From an uncultured Gammaproteobacteria bacterium (GTDB lineage: Bacteria > Pseudomonadota > Gammaproteobacteria > JAURND01), in NCBI GenBank assembly GCA_963714975.1, contig CAVQQD010000002.1:1088001-1152000 (forward strand): a stretch of 64,000 bases of DNA, written 5' to 3'. The notes below the pieces were generated by a model that ran no database searches, was not told the DNA's origin, and saw nothing but the letters and a program-made list of their open reading frames with translations. Position 1 is the stretch's first letter; every line of letters begins with the position of its first letter. The translations under genes were made by a program, and so were the position numbers. Positions 11,275-21,486 of the stretch are shown in pieces.

Positions 11275-12182
11275 GACTTTTCCTCTTTAATTACGCTCTT
11301 CGCGGCATTTTTTGTCTCTGCAGAAGCTTGAGGTTGCTTTACCTCTGCTGCCGATTCTGCTTGCGGTTGTGCTTCTGCCTTTTCTTCACTGGTTCGCTTC
11401 TTTTCAACCTTTTTCACGACTACTTTTCTTTTTTCGCCTTCCTCAGCTTTGGGGGCAGCTTCAGCTTCCCCTTTACTTTGGGCGGCATTTTCTTCTGCGA
11501 TTTGTTGCTGCGCTTCCAAAATAGCATCAGCAAAAACCTGGCAATATAAACGAATAGCACGGGCAGAATCATCATTACCAGGAATGACATAATCCACATC
11601 ATCCGGACTATTGTTGGTGTCAACTATTCCGATGACTGGAATCCCAAGACGCCTGGCCTCAGCCACAGCGGTTTTTTCTTGGCCAACATCCACCACGAAA
11701 ATGCTATCCGGCAAAGCACCCATATTTTTAATACCGCCTAAACTAGCTTCTAGCTTGGTAAGCTCTCGCAACAGGTTCAAGCCTTCTTTTTTAGTGAGTT
11801 TTTCCAGGCTACCGTCATCGCGCATGGTTTCTAAATCACGTAAGCGTTTGATGGATTGACGAATGGTTTTGTAATTGGTTAACATCCCGCCCAACCAACG
11901 ACGATCAACAAAGGGCATCCCGCAGCGAAGAGCCTCTTCACGCACAATTGCTTGCGCTGCTGGCTTGGTGCCAACAAACAGGACCTTGCCACGACTTGCC
12001 GCAACACGATGAACTGCAGTTGTCGCTTCACGGAGCAAAGGCAGGGTTTTTTCTAAATTAACGATATGAATTCGATGACGTATACCAAAAATATACTCAG
12101 CCATCTTAGGGTTCCAGAAGCGTGTTTGGTGGCCAAAATGCACACCAGCTTCCAGCATTTGCCGCATAGTAATTGTAGTCAT
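11271..12182 (-). CDS. rpsB: 30S ribosomal protein S2, with charged C-terminal tail
   Basis: [28 protein letters not shown] and PGNDD. Confidence 0.98.
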   Translation of the reverse strand: MTTITMRQMLEAGVHFGHQTRFWNPKMAEYIFGIRHRIHIVNLEKTLPLLREATTAVHRVAASRGKVLFVGTKPAAQAIVREEALRCGMPFVDRRWLGGMLTNYKTIRQSIKRLRDLETMRDDGSLEKLTKKEGLNLLRELTKLEASLGGIKNMGALPDSIFVVDVGQEKTAVAEARRLGIPVIGIVDTNNSPDDVDYVIPGNDDSARAIRLYCQVFADAILEAQQQIAEENAAQSKGEAEAAPKAEEGEKRKVVVKKVEKKRTSEEKAEAQPQAESAAEVKQPQASAETKNAAKSVIKEEKS

Positions 12183-12194
12183 AATTTCTCCAAT

Positions 12195-12281
12195 GGGTTA
12201 AGCCTCCACATACCCCATATTTGAATCCTGCTGCACGAGGCAGGCAGAACACCCCAAATATGTGACGGCATGTGTGTGTTA
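12195..12281 (-). ncRNA. t44: rpsB leader / t44 cis-regulatory RNA (S2 autoregulation)
   Basis: Minus strand ACACACACATGCCGTCACATATTTGGGGTG...AATATGGGGTATGTGGAGGCTTAACCC follows the gammaproteobacterial rpsB leader pattern. Confidence 0.8.
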
Positions 12282-12337
12282 AGCGTCGTCTCCGCAAGGG
12301 ACGACACAATTAATAGATTGCACTTTAAGCGGGTGTT

Positions 12338-12347
12338 TTATACCATA
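12338..12347 (-). promoter_or_regulatory. Extended -10 promoter of rpsB-tsf
   Basis: Minus strand TGGTATAAA followed by a GC-rich discriminator upstream of the leader. Confidence 0.55.
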
Positions 12348-12381
12348 GAAAAACCCTCGCTAACAAGTGATTGCAAATACT

Positions 12382-13164
12382 ATGCCCATCAGCCTCAAAA
12401 CTCCAGAAGAAATTGTTAAAATGCGTACAGCTGGCCGGTTGGCCGCTGAGGTGCTAACCATGATTGGGCCTTATATTAAGGTCGGCGTCACCACCGATGA
12501 GTTAGATCGCATTTGTCATGAGTATATTGTCAACCAACAGCAAGCCATCCCAGCACCGCTTAATTACCGTGGTTTTCCTAAATCAATCTGTACTTCAGTC
12601 AATCATGTGGTTTGTCATGGCATTCCCGGTAATAAAAAATTAAAAGAAGGGGATATTATTAACGTCGATGTGACCGTCATTAAGGACGGTTACCATGGCG
12701 ATACCAGCAAGATGTTTTTTGTCGGCAAACCCGCAATTTTGGCGCAACGCTTAGTCAAAATCACTCAGGAATGCCTGTATTTAGGTATCCAACAAGTTAA
12801 ACCAGGCGCGCATTTAGGCGATATTGGCGCTGCTATCCAACAACATGCTGAAGCTCAGCATTTTTCCGTGGTCCACGAATATTGTGGCCACGGTATTGGA
12901 CAAATTTTTCATGATGAACCGCAAATACTGCATTATGGTACCGCGGGCACTGGCGAAGAGTTGAAAGCAGGTATGACTTTCACCATCGAACCCATGATCA
13001 ATACGGGTAAGCGTTTTGTTAAGTTACTGCCCGACCGGTGGACAGTTGTCACCAAAGACCATTCCCTATCAGCACAGTGGGAACATACCCTGTTGGTCAC
13101 AGAAACAGGGTACGAAATCCTCACTTGGCGACCTGAAGAAGAAATTCCTGCCATTTTCTGCTGA
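12382..13164 (+). CDS. map: Methionine aminopeptidase type I
   Basis: CTSVNHVVCHGIP, DGYHGD, GHGIG..FH, FTIEPM and SAQWEHT; divergent from rpsB. Confidence 0.97.
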   Translation: MPISLKTPEEIVKMRTAGRLAAEVLTMIGPYIKVGVTTDELDRICHEYIVNQQQAIPAPLNYRGFPKSICTSVNHVVCHGIPGNKKLKEGDIINVDVTVIKDGYHGDTSKMFFVGKPAILAQRLVKITQECLYLGIQQVKPGAHLGDIGAAIQQHAEAQHFSVVHEYCGHGIGQIFHDEPQILHYGTAGTGEELKAGMTFTIEPMINTGKRFVKLLPDRWTVVTKDHSLSAQWEHTLLVTETGYEILTWRPEEEIPAIFC

Positions 13165-13188
13165 GGCCTTGGCGACACTATCTCCCTC

Positions 13189-13218
13189 GCAGTAGGTTTC
13201 TACTGCCGAATCTAGGTT
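13189..13218. repeat. Partial palindromic repeat, family E (GCAGTAG-GTTT-CTACTGCCGAATCTAGG)
   Basis: Truncated copy of the perfect palindrome at 30739-30776. Confidence 0.75.
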
Positions 13219-13281
13219 TAATACTGCATTAAGTTTTAAAGTTTAAAATAAGCATATTCATTCATACTCATAGAGAATACT

Positions 13282-14223
13282 ATGGTTGATAAAGACAAGC
13301 GGCCTTTCGGGAAAAAGCCGTTCATTAAATTTCTCATTAATGTCCTCCTCCCCCCATTAGGAGCACTGTCTTCTTTACACGATTACGCGGAGGATGATCC
13401 AAATGGAGAGCATGAAAAGTATCGTGATAGATACGCTGCACTTATGTTCTACCTGCTTGGGACCACCCTATTGACAGCCATAGGAATGTATATGTGGAAT
13501 GAATATAGTTTTCAGCTTGGTACACAATCTATAACAGAGGCCCTTGGCTTGCCAATTTGGGATATTGGGATGAGTTTCGTTTATGCCATGGCTGCTTGTA
13601 CTGTAGTCAGGCTAATTGCCGGCATTCATTATTATGCGATCGACAACAGCACCCTCAAAGGGATTGCTAAAGGCGTTGGTAGAGGAGTTTTATTTGGACT
13701 CATTGGAAGTTCAGACAGCGACGTATATGATCTCTTTTTAAAAAAAGATGGCACTCCAGTAAATAACACAAATCGGCAAGTAAAAGTACGTAATCCAAAG
13801 CAACACAGAAATGATGTTCTAGAGGCTATGGGTGTTCCAGTTGCTGCTTCAGTGGAAGAAAGGCCTGTCAATTCTATCTATTCTTGGCTTGACCGACTTC
13901 GGTCTCCACATCAGCAACAGCCTCGATATCTACCTTTGAATCAGAGTACTGAAGAAAATATCACTACTGTAGAGCAAAATAGTATCTCCATTTCATCGCA
14001 AGGAACATCACAAATAGAAGAAGACATGCCTTCATTAAGCCGAAGCTTTGTGACAACTGCTTCTAAATTTGACTCTCCCATTTATTCCTCCAATAATCCT
14101 GACGTTACGATAGATATTGAATCCACCAAGAATTATCTCAATAATGATCCAGAAGTGGATCCTGATCCTGATCCTGAGGACAATTCAAAACATCCTCTTG
14201 TAGATATGCCCTATCAATCATAG
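13282..14223 (+). CDS. Hypothetical membrane protein with Ser/acidic disordered C-terminus (effector-like)
   Basis: 313-aa ORF with GAGA RBS, 2-3 hydrophobic helices and a DPEVDPDPDPED tail; no family recognised. Confidence 0.7.
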   Translation: MVDKDKRPFGKKPFIKFLINVLLPPLGALSSLHDYAEDDPNGEHEKYRDRYAALMFYLLGTTLLTAIGMYMWNEYSFQLGTQSITEALGLPIWDIGMSFVYAMAACTVVRLIAGIHYYAIDNSTLKGIAKGVGRGVLFGLIGSSDSDVYDLFLKKDGTPVNNTNRQVKVRNPKQHRNDVLEAMGVPVAASVEERPVNSIYSWLDRLRSPHQQQPRYLPLNQSTEENITTVEQNSISISSQGTSQIEEDMPSLSRSFVTTASKFDSPIYSSNNPDVTIDIESTKNYLNNDPEVDPDPDPEDNSKHPLVDMPYQS

Positions 14224-14301
14224 CTATCCGTGCACACAACTTCATTGGATAACAGAGCAGCCTTCCCACAAAAGCATGGGGAAATATGTGCATCGGATAG
14301 C
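14224..14301. repeat. MITE-like element family D (TIR TATCCGATGCACACA)
   Basis: CTATCCGTGCACACAAC...ATGTGCATCGGATAG; highly similar to the copy at 63520-63609. Confidence 0.8.
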
Positions 14302-14343
14302 TGGGCAACATCCGCTGCACGGTGTGAGCTTCGATCCAAACAG

Positions 14344-15555
14344 CTAATACAAAAAACCAAAATAAAACAAAGGGATTGTAGTTTCATTCCCCATTAAAAT
14401 ATCATCTTTTACCACAATACAAGGCAATTGGGTTTTATTTGCCTGATTTATATTTTTATTTTTACCGCCAATTTCAAATAAATAGTTTGCTACCTGAAAA
14501 TCAGCATAATCATTACTAAACAGCTGTAATCCTGCATCCATCACAGATTGAGCAAAAAACAATTCTCGTTTAGTGCCTTTTTCAGCACTAATTCCCAAAT
14601 AATTATCTAGGGCGCAATGCAAGCTAGTATTATTCAAAAATACCTTTGATGGCTTATGCAACGCTTGTTTCCCCTTGGCATAAGGGGGGATAAAACGCAA
14701 TAATCCGGTATCCCGCAAGATAACCAAATAATTAAAAGTTGTTTTATCGTCAATTCCCAACTGTTTCGCAATACTATGCGTATTGATCGTACCAGGCGGA
14801 ATCGTAACTAAGTAATTTAAGATCGTTTTAAAATAATGTAAATTATTGGTTTTAAGCTGATAAAAATTAGCAATGTCTTCAAATATAGTTTTTTCAACCA
14901 CCCGACCTATTTTTTCATAATAAGAAACTTCGTTTTCAAACAAGAAAGGATAATAGCCATAACGAATATAATCTTTAAAGTGCCCAAGGATTTTAGTTAC
15001 TTGCGACAATTGTTGGCCTACCTCATAGCGGTTCTTCATTAAATCTTCCCACTGGATAGGTTGCAATTGGCTGCCCGTAGTAAAATTAAGATATTCTCGA
15101 AAGGATAGACCGTGCAAGTGGTATAGCCGAGCGCGTCGACTCAAATCACTACTGCCTTTCACTAAATCAATACTCGAGCTACCTGAAAAAACAATTTTTA
15201 CATCGGGAAACGAATCATAAATGTTTTTTAATTCCTGACTCCAATTGAGATATTTATGAATTTCATCAATAAAAAAAAATCGCACCCCATCAACTAAATA
15301 ACTATGGTTAATAAATTCTAATAATGAACCACTGCTAAAATAGAAATTATCGGCAGAAAAATATAAGACTGCCTTATTGGGGTAAAGATTGGCCTTGATG
15401 TATTGCAGCAATAAGGTAGTCTTGCCCACGCCGCGAGCACCAATTAGGCCAGTAAGACGGTCATCCAAGTTAAATAAAGGATATAAATATCGATGGGTGG
15501 TAAAGGATAACGCCTGAATTAACCGATGAAAGCTAGCTTGAATAAAATCGATCAT
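14344..15555 (-). CDS. AAA+ ATPase (AAA_14/DUF4143 type) with wHTH and C-terminal PD-(D/E)XK-like segment
   Basis: Walker A GARGVGKT, Walker B FFIDEIHKY, SGSS, HGLSFREY, GYYP and ADF..FEIGGK. Start ATG 15555 has an AGGAG RBS. Confidence 0.85.
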   Translation of the reverse strand: MIDFIQASFHRLIQALSFTTHRYLYPLFNLDDRLTGLIGARGVGKTTLLLQYIKANLYPNKAVLYFSADNFYFSSGSLLEFINHSYLVDGVRFFFIDEIHKYLNWSQELKNIYDSFPDVKIVFSGSSSIDLVKGSSDLSRRARLYHLHGLSFREYLNFTTGSQLQPIQWEDLMKNRYEVGQQLSQVTKILGHFKDYIRYGYYPFLFENEVSYYEKIGRVVEKTIFEDIANFYQLKTNNLHYFKTILNYLVTIPPGTINTHSIAKQLGIDDKTTFNYLVILRDTGLLRFIPPYAKGKQALHKPSKVFLNNTSLHCALDNYLGISAEKGTKRELFFAQSVMDAGLQLFSNDYADFQVANYLFEIGGKNKNINQANKTQLPCIVVKDDILMGNETTIPLFYFGFLY

Positions 15556-15604
15556 TTGGAGTACACTCCTAATTTCAGCGAGAATATCAGGAGTGTACTC
15601 CAAA
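15555..15604. promoter_or_regulatory. 16-bp perfect inverted repeat over the ATPase RBS (putative operator or translational hairpin)
   Basis: TTTGGAGTACACTCCT (15555-15570) and AGGAGTGTACTCCAAA (15589-15604); each arm contains GGAGT-N2-ACTCC. Confidence 0.6.
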
Positions 15605-15771
15605 ATTGACGAAAATCCTAATGTTCCAAATCCTCTCTCCCGCTTGCGGGAGCTTCTGCCGTCATTGCGGAGGCAATGTGTGCATCGGATAGCTTGCAAA
15701 AAACTTAATTACCACTATAATGCTCTATAGTTTGAGCATTAACTCTTTCATTGATCAATTTATTGACTGTT

Positions 15772-16125
15772 ATGGCTAGAAAAAAGAGTGTAATTTTACC
15801 CTCCCTGCAGCGAATTTTAACTGAGGTAGGGGAAAATATTCGTCTTGCGCGCTTGCGCAGAAAAATTTCTGCAGTCTTGTTAGCGGAGCGTGCAGGGATA
15901 TCTCGCAATACCTTAAGAGCCATAGAGCAAGGGGACCCCAAAGTAACATTTGGTGCTTATGCTAATGTTTTACTGTGCTTACGCTTAGAAAAGGATTTGA
16001 AATTACTAGCACGCGATGACGAGCTAGGGCGCAAACTACAAGATTTGGGTTTAGCTACTAAAGTACGGGCACCCAAACTAAAATCGAGAAATAAAGATGA
16101 ATACAACACAAAAGCGATCGATTGA
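15772..16125 (+). CDS. XRE-family HTH protein, putative HipB-like antitoxin
   Basis: GENIRLARLRR..LAERAGISRNTLRAIEQG helix-turn-helix; overlaps the start of the HipA-like gene. Confidence 0.85.
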   Translation: MARKKSVILPSLQRILTEVGENIRLARLRRKISAVLLAERAGISRNTLRAIEQGDPKVTFGAYANVLLCLRLEKDLKLLARDDELGRKLQDLGLATKVRAPKLKSRNKDEYNTKAID

Positions 16126-17374
16126 AGTCTGTGTCCACTGGCGAGGTTTACCTCAGCCTAGCTTGCTGGGAATGCTTTATATTACTCCTTCCCGAGGTAA
16201 GGAAATTTTTTCATTTGAATATAACCCTGATTGGCTGAGTAAAAATCAGGGTTATACTTTAGATCCTGCATTGCAATTATACTCAGGAATACAGTATACG
16301 CCCCAGGGCCAGGATAATTTTGGTATTTTCCTTGATTCCGCCCCTGATCGTTGGGGACGCTTTCTCATGAATCGTAGAGAAGCGCAGTTAGCTCGAGAGG
16401 CAGGACGCAAAGAACGAAGATTGCTCGAATCAGATTATCTCTTAGGGGTATATGATGAGAACCGTATAGGCGCAATTCGATTTCGCACAGATTCTAATAG
16501 CCCCTTTCTTTATTATAATAAAGCTTATGCTTCACCCCCTTGGACTTCTTTACGTGAATTGGAGTACGCCAGTTTAAATCTTGAAAATGCGGATGCAGAA
16601 AACAATCCAAATTATTCCAAGTGGTTGCAGATGCTAATTGCCCCAGGCGGTTCTTTAGGTGGTGCGCGCCCAAAAGCCAGCGTTATTGATGAAAATAAAC
16701 ATCTGTGGATTGCCAAATTTCCAAGCGCAAATGATGAACATGATATTGGTGCCTGGGAAATGGTTGCATATAAACTTGCGCAGCGCGCTCAAATTATTAT
16801 GCCTGAAGCAAAAGTAGAAAAATTTAATAGTCGTCATCACACTTTTCTTAGCAAACGTTTTGATCGAACCGGATCGGATGAGCGAATCCATTTTGCTTCC
16901 GCAATGACTTTATTGCAGCGTTTAGATGGTGAAGATTTTTCTGCTGGCGCGAGCTATTTGGAACTTGCAGAATTTATTGCCCAACAAAGTGCGCAACCTA
17001 ACCAAGATTTAGAGCAATTATGGCGCAGGATAGTGTTTTATATTTGCATATCCAATGTGGACGATCACCTGAGAAACCATGGTTTTATTCTGCAAGAAAA
17101 TGGTTGGATATTATCACCGGCATTTGATATTAATCCAGTAGCCAGCGGAAATGGTCTTAAACTGAATATTTCTGAGACCGATAACTCACAAAGTTTAACG
17201 CTTGCAAAAGAAGTTGCAGAATTTTTTCGAATAAAACCGAACCAGGCAGACAAAATTATTCAAGAAATTACCACTGCAGTGAAATACTGGCGAAAGGAAG
17301 CCAATAACTTGCATATTCCAGTCAGAGAACAAAACAATATGGAGCGAGCGTTCCAGCCTAGAGGGAGCCATTGA
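16097..17374 (+). CDS. hipA: HipA-family Ser/Thr kinase toxin (type II TA)
   Basis: [39 protein letters not shown] and LSPAFDINP. Confidence 0.88.
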   Translation: MNTTQKRSIEVCVHWRGLPQPSLLGMLYITPSRGKEIFSFEYNPDWLSKNQGYTLDPALQLYSGIQYTPQGQDNFGIFLDSAPDRWGRFLMNRREAQLAREAGRKERRLLESDYLLGVYDENRIGAIRFRTDSNSPFLYYNKAYASPPWTSLRELEYASLNLENADAENNPNYSKWLQMLIAPGGSLGGARPKASVIDENKHLWIAKFPSANDEHDIGAWEMVAYKLAQRAQIIMPEAKVEKFNSRHHTFLSKRFDRTGSDERIHFASAMTLLQRLDGEDFSAGASYLELAEFIAQQSAQPNQDLEQLWRRIVFYICISNVDDHLRNHGFILQENGWILSPAFDINPVASGNGLKLNISETDNSQSLTLAKEVAEFFRIKPNQADKIIQEITTAVKYWRKEANNLHIPVREQNNMERAFQPRGSH

Positions 17375-18029
17375 GCAAGGTATAAGTTCGCTGCATCTTA
17401 GCCGCCAACGCCAAATCATGAGTAACAATAACAAAACTCGTCTTTAATCGTTCGTTTAAATCGAACATTAAATCGATCACATGCCCCGCCGTCACTTGAT
17501 CCAAATTTCCGGTCGGTTCATCGGCCAAAACACAGACTGGGCGGTTCACTAAAGCCCGAGCAATAGCAACTCGTTGCCGCTCTCCTCCCGATAACTCTCC
17601 CAAACGATGCGACAAACGATGGCTTAAGCCCACCTGCTCTAACATTTCTGTGGCTCTTTCTGCCGCTTGTTTAGCCGTCACGTCGGCAATTAATAACGGC
17701 ATGGCCACATTTTCTAGGGCGTTAAACTCAGGCAATAAATGGTGAAATTGGTAGATAAACCCTAAATCAGCATTGCGTAATTGACTTTTTTTGCCTTCCG
17801 ATAAGCCATGAATATCAACTCCAGCGACTAATACTCGGCCAGCAGTGGGCCGGTCTAGACCACCTAACAAATGCAGCAAGGTACTTTTCCCAGTTCCAGA
17901 AGCACCTACAATCGCGATACGCTCACCCGCTGGCACCGCCAAGTTGATATCGACTAAAACTTCAACTTTTAACTTCCCATCTTTGAAAGTTTTGGCCACA
18001 TGCTCGGCTTGCAAAACAATTTCACTCAT
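17358..18029 (-). CDS. lolD: Lipoprotein-releasing ABC transporter ATP-binding protein
   Basis: [27 protein letters not shown] and DEPTGNLD. Confidence 0.95.
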   Translation of the reverse strand: MSEIVLQAEHVAKTFKDGKLKVEVLVDINLAVPAGERIAIVGASGTGKSTLLHLLGGLDRPTAGRVLVAGVDIHGLSEGKKSQLRNADLGFIYQFHHLLPEFNALENVAMPLLIADVTAKQAAERATEMLEQVGLSHRLSHRLGELSGGERQRVAIARALVNRPVCVLADEPTGNLDQVTAGHVIDLMFDLNERLKTSFVIVTHDLALAAKMQRTYTLLNGSL

Positions 18030-19272
18030 AACGCAGGGCCTCCGCTGGCTGTGTACGAGAAGCCTGCCATGCCGGATATAACGTAGCTAACAAACTCAAG
18101 CCTAACGCAATCACGCAAACCTGCCAAACATCGGACACTTGAATGCGCGAAGGCAGATAGTCCACTACATAAATCGAGGAAGAAATAAACGAAACATGAA
18201 ACACGTGCTGCAGAAAAGCCACTACTTCGGTGACATTATGCGCCAAAAGAATGCCACCAATTAAACCCAACAAGGTACCGACGCAGCCTACCACCAGTCC
18301 TTGCACAATAAAAGTCGCCATAATGGTCCGAGGCGTAGCGCCAAAAGTGCGAAGAATGGCAATTTCCGCTCGTTTATCATTCACAACCATCACTAAGGTC
18401 GAAACTAAGTTAAAGGCAGCTATCGCGATGATCAGTAATAAAATAAGGAAGATCATAGTTTTTTCCATGCGGATCGCCTTAAAATAAGTGCCTAATTCTC
18501 GGGTCCAATCGGTAATTAGATATTCCGCTGGCAGAACCTGTTGTAACTGCTCGGCCACCACCGGGGCAATATACAAATCACTCACCCTTAACCGCAGACC
18601 ACTGACCGCACCCCCCATTTGATATAACAATTGAGCATCGCGTAAATTAATAAAGGCCATGCCACGATCCATTTCTTGCCGACCATCCACATGAAAAATC
18701 CCTGCTACGGTAAATTGCTTAAACCGGGGGATGATCCCTAACGGAGAGGCATTAGCCTGCGGAGTGAATAAAATCACTTTATCCCCCAAACCTAATCCTA
18801 AATTTTCGGCAATGCCTTCCCCAATCACGATGCCAAATGCCTGGGGCTGCAACGCATCAAAGCTCCCTTGCACCAAATGCGCTGCCAGTTGCGATACCCG
18901 CGCTTCTTCCTGCGGTAATATCCCAGTGACCAATACCGGCGCAGAACTACCTAAATGGGAAAGCATTCCCTGCGCGCTAACAAAAGGAGCAGCCGCTTTG
19001 ACATGCGGTTGCTTTTCAACTAATTGTTGCAGTTGACTCCAATTGGCCAACCGACCCTCCACATCACTTACGGTGACATGATTAGCTAAATTAAATAATC
19101 GATTGCGAATCTCGAAATCAAAACCATTCATCACCGACAATACAGTGATCAGCACGGCCACTCCCAAGGCAATGCCGATCATCGAAGCTAATGAAATAAA
19201 CGAGACAAATTGATTGCGACGCTTGGCGCGGGTATAACGCAAGCCAATATAAAGTGCTAATGGTTTAAACAT
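18022..19272 (-). CDS. lolE: Lipoprotein-releasing ABC transporter permease (LolC/LolE/LolF)
   Basis: [27 protein letters not shown] and [18 protein letters not shown]; a single permease gene. Confidence 0.9.
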   Translation of the reverse strand: MFKPLALYIGLRYTRAKRRNQFVSFISLASMIGIALGVAVLITVLSVMNGFDFEIRNRLFNLANHVTVSDVEGRLANWSQLQQLVEKQPHVKAAAPFVSAQGMLSHLGSSAPVLVTGILPQEEARVSQLAAHLVQGSFDALQPQAFGIVIGEGIAENLGLGLGDKVILFTPQANASPLGIIPRFKQFTVAGIFHVDGRQEMDRGMAFINLRDAQLLYQMGGAVSGLRLRVSDLYIAPVVAEQLQQVLPAEYLITDWTRELGTYFKAIRMEKTMIFLILLLIIAIAAFNLVSTLVMVVNDKRAEIAILRTFGATPRTIMATFIVQGLVVGCVGTLLGLIGGILLAHNVTEVVAFLQHVFHVSFISSSIYVVDYLPSRIQVSDVWQVCVIALGLSLLATLYPAWQASRTQPAEALRYE

Positions 19273-19473
19273 AAGTCCCTGTGCCGCTGGTGGAATATTT
19301 ATTTCAGCTACTGCTACTATTCATACTACTACTGCTCTGCTTGAATTTTTCTGCTTATTTTTTCTTCTAACTATTCAATATCAGGGCACATTCTAACTCA
19401 AATGGTTCGGATAATGCCAGCACCCAATCCAGGTCAGTGCGATATAATCTAGCCTGATCTCAGGGATCTATAT

Positions 19474-21486
19474 TCATTTCTTCAGAAAACAATCCAACAC
19501 CTCGCGCGCCACCTCCTCAGTCAAAGGCTTTTCTAGCACCCCATTAATACCCGCAGCCGCACATTCTGCTTGCACTTTTTCAACATTATGGGCCGTCAGA
19601 GCCACAATCGGCACTGGATTTTTTCGGCCTTTTTCTAGGGTGCGAATATGCTTTGCCACTGCCAATCCACTCATATCTGTTAGCCCAATATCAGTAATAA
19701 TCAGCACATATTTATCCAATTCAAAAATTTCTAAAGCTTTCTCACCTGTATCCACAATATCAACTGTATAACCTAAGTGCGTGAGAATCGATTCCACGCC
19801 TTTTTGAGCCATCCGATTATCCTCAACCAACAAAATACGCGGACCTATCTTCTCTTCCTCGCTGGCAGCATCCCCAAGCGGTGCTAGCTTGGTAAACTTA
19901 GGCTTCACTGCTCTCGGTTTCAGGAATGCCTTGGCGGGTAGAAAAGGAAAGGTGATGGTGAAGCAACTGCCCTTACCCACTTCGCTGTCCACATCAATTT
20001 TTCCTCCCATCAAAGTGACAAATTTATGCACAATATACAGCCCAATCCCATGACCCTCAAATTTGCCTTCATAAGAAGGCGTCAAACGCGTAAAGCGCTC
20101 GAAAATGCTAGCGATTTTTTCTTGGGGAATGCCCATGCCGGTATCACGAACTTTTAAACAAAGTTCCTCTTTTTCTTTGCCAGTGTCTTCATCGCGAGTT
20201 TTCTGTAAGAGAATGTCCATGCTTATCGAGCCTTCCTCAGTAAATTTAATCGCATTGCCTAGTAAATTTAAAATTATCCGATAAAATCCCGGCGCGCTGG
20301 CATACACCATTTCAGGAATAGCGGGATCATAAGTGGAATAAAATCCTAAGCCTTTTTGTTTCATGGAAGGGGTCAACATCTCGACAAGCTGATCCGTTAT
20401 GGTTTGGGGATTGAAATTTTCATTGCTAAGTGCCACCCCTTCGGTTTCAATCCGCCCCATCTCTAAACAATTCATAAAAAATTCTATCAATTGCTTGCCC
20501 GAATTTTTAATCATCTGCACATTTTCATAATTATCTTCGAGAGCATCGGGCTCCTCGAGTTGCGTGCCGATCCTGTGCGCCATGGAAATAATACCCGCCA
20601 GCGGCGTTTTGACATCGTGACTCATGTTTTGGATAAAATCCGTTTTAGCACGATCGGAAGCTTCGGCGGCTTCTAAGGCTTCTTTTAATTCCTTCTCCAT
20701 TGCTTTGCGTTCAGTAATATCAGTGGCATTTCCAATAATGCCAATAATTTTTTCTTTATTTTCGTCATATAGGGGGGCTTTGTGGGAGAGAAATATTCTA
20801 ATTTCGTTGTTTAATATACCTGTTTCTTCTACGACCATGGGAATTCCAGATTGCATAACCTCTAGATCATTTTGTCGTAATCTATTAGTTACCTCATCAT
20901 CCCAACCCAATATTTTTGCAAAATCAAAAATACTTTTTCCAATCATTTCCTTGCCAGTTTTAAGTCCATATAATTGAGCTTCAGCATCATTTGCACCTAA
21001 GGTGACGGAATTTTTGTCTAACCAATAAATAGGGTCGGGTAGATTAGTCAGGATATTTTCCAAATATACATTTGTTAACCGAAATTTCTCCAGTGCATCT
21101 GATTTGGCTGTATCTAATGCAAGCTCTAAACGTTTCCTATCGCTAATATTTATTAAGGTGCCCACCACCCCAACCACCTCATCTTCTGGAGTACATAATG
21201 GTCGCTCAGTGACCAAATAACAAATTAATAATCCATTATGTAAAAATTCTAGCTCAAAACTATTTTCAGTCCTTGTCTCTATAATGCTTCTAGTGAAGGA
21301 TTCTAACTCTTGTGCTTTCGAACACCAAGGTAATTCATAGTCAGTTCTGCCAACTAATTCATCCAAATTGTCAAAATTAACCATTTCCAACATTTTTTGA
21401 TTTCCACCCTGATATATGTTACCCATATCTTTCCAATAGGCAGATATAGGTAAAGAAAGAAGCAAATCAAAATTAGAAAATTTCAT
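19474..21486 (-). CDS. Cytoplasmic hybrid sensor histidine kinase (PAS-PAS-HisKA-HATPase-REC)
   Basis: Two PAS-like repeats ending NISDRK and DITERK; H-box NMSHDVKTPL, N-box NLLGNAIKFT, DTGMGI, GHGIGL; receiver ILLVEDN..D..ALTA..KP. No TM helix seen. Confidence 0.92.
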   Translation of the reverse strand: MKFSNFDLLLSLPISAYWKDMGNIYQGGNQKMLEMVNFDNLDELVGRTDYELPWCSKAQELESFTRSIIETRTENSFELEFLHNGLLICYLVTERPLCTPEDEVVGVVGTLINISDRKRLELALDTAKSDALEKFRLTNVYLENILTNLPDPIYWLDKNSVTLGANDAEAQLYGLKTGKEMIGKSIFDFAKILGWDDEVTNRLRQNDLEVMQSGIPMVVEETGILNNEIRIFLSHKAPLYDENKEKIIGIIGNATDITERKAMEKELKEALEAAEASDRAKTDFIQNMSHDVKTPLAGIISMAHRIGTQLEEPDALEDNYENVQMIKNSGKQLIEFFMNCLEMGRIETEGVALSNENFNPQTITDQLVEMLTPSMKQKGLGFYSTYDPAIPEMVYASAPGFYRIILNLLGNAIKFTEEGSISMDILLQKTRDEDTGKEKEELCLKVRDTGMGIPQEKIASIFERFTRLTPSYEGKFEGHGIGLYIVHKFVTLMGGKIDVDSEVGKGSCFTITFPFLPAKAFLKPRAVKPKFTKLAPLGDAASEEEKIGPRILLVEDNRMAQKGVESILTHLGYTVDIVDTGEKALEIFELDKYVLIITDIGLTDMSGLAVAKHIRTLEKGRKNPVPIVALTAHNVEKVQAECAAAGINGVLEKPLTEEVAREVLDCFLKK

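Noticed and set aside
12106-12309. 67-aa ORF upstream of rpsB
   Set aside because: It coincides with the rpsB leader RNA and overlaps rpsB out of frame.
19307-19336. CTACTG/CTACTA short repeats upstream of lolE as a phase-variable tract
   Set aside because: Too short and imperfect to support slippage-based switching.
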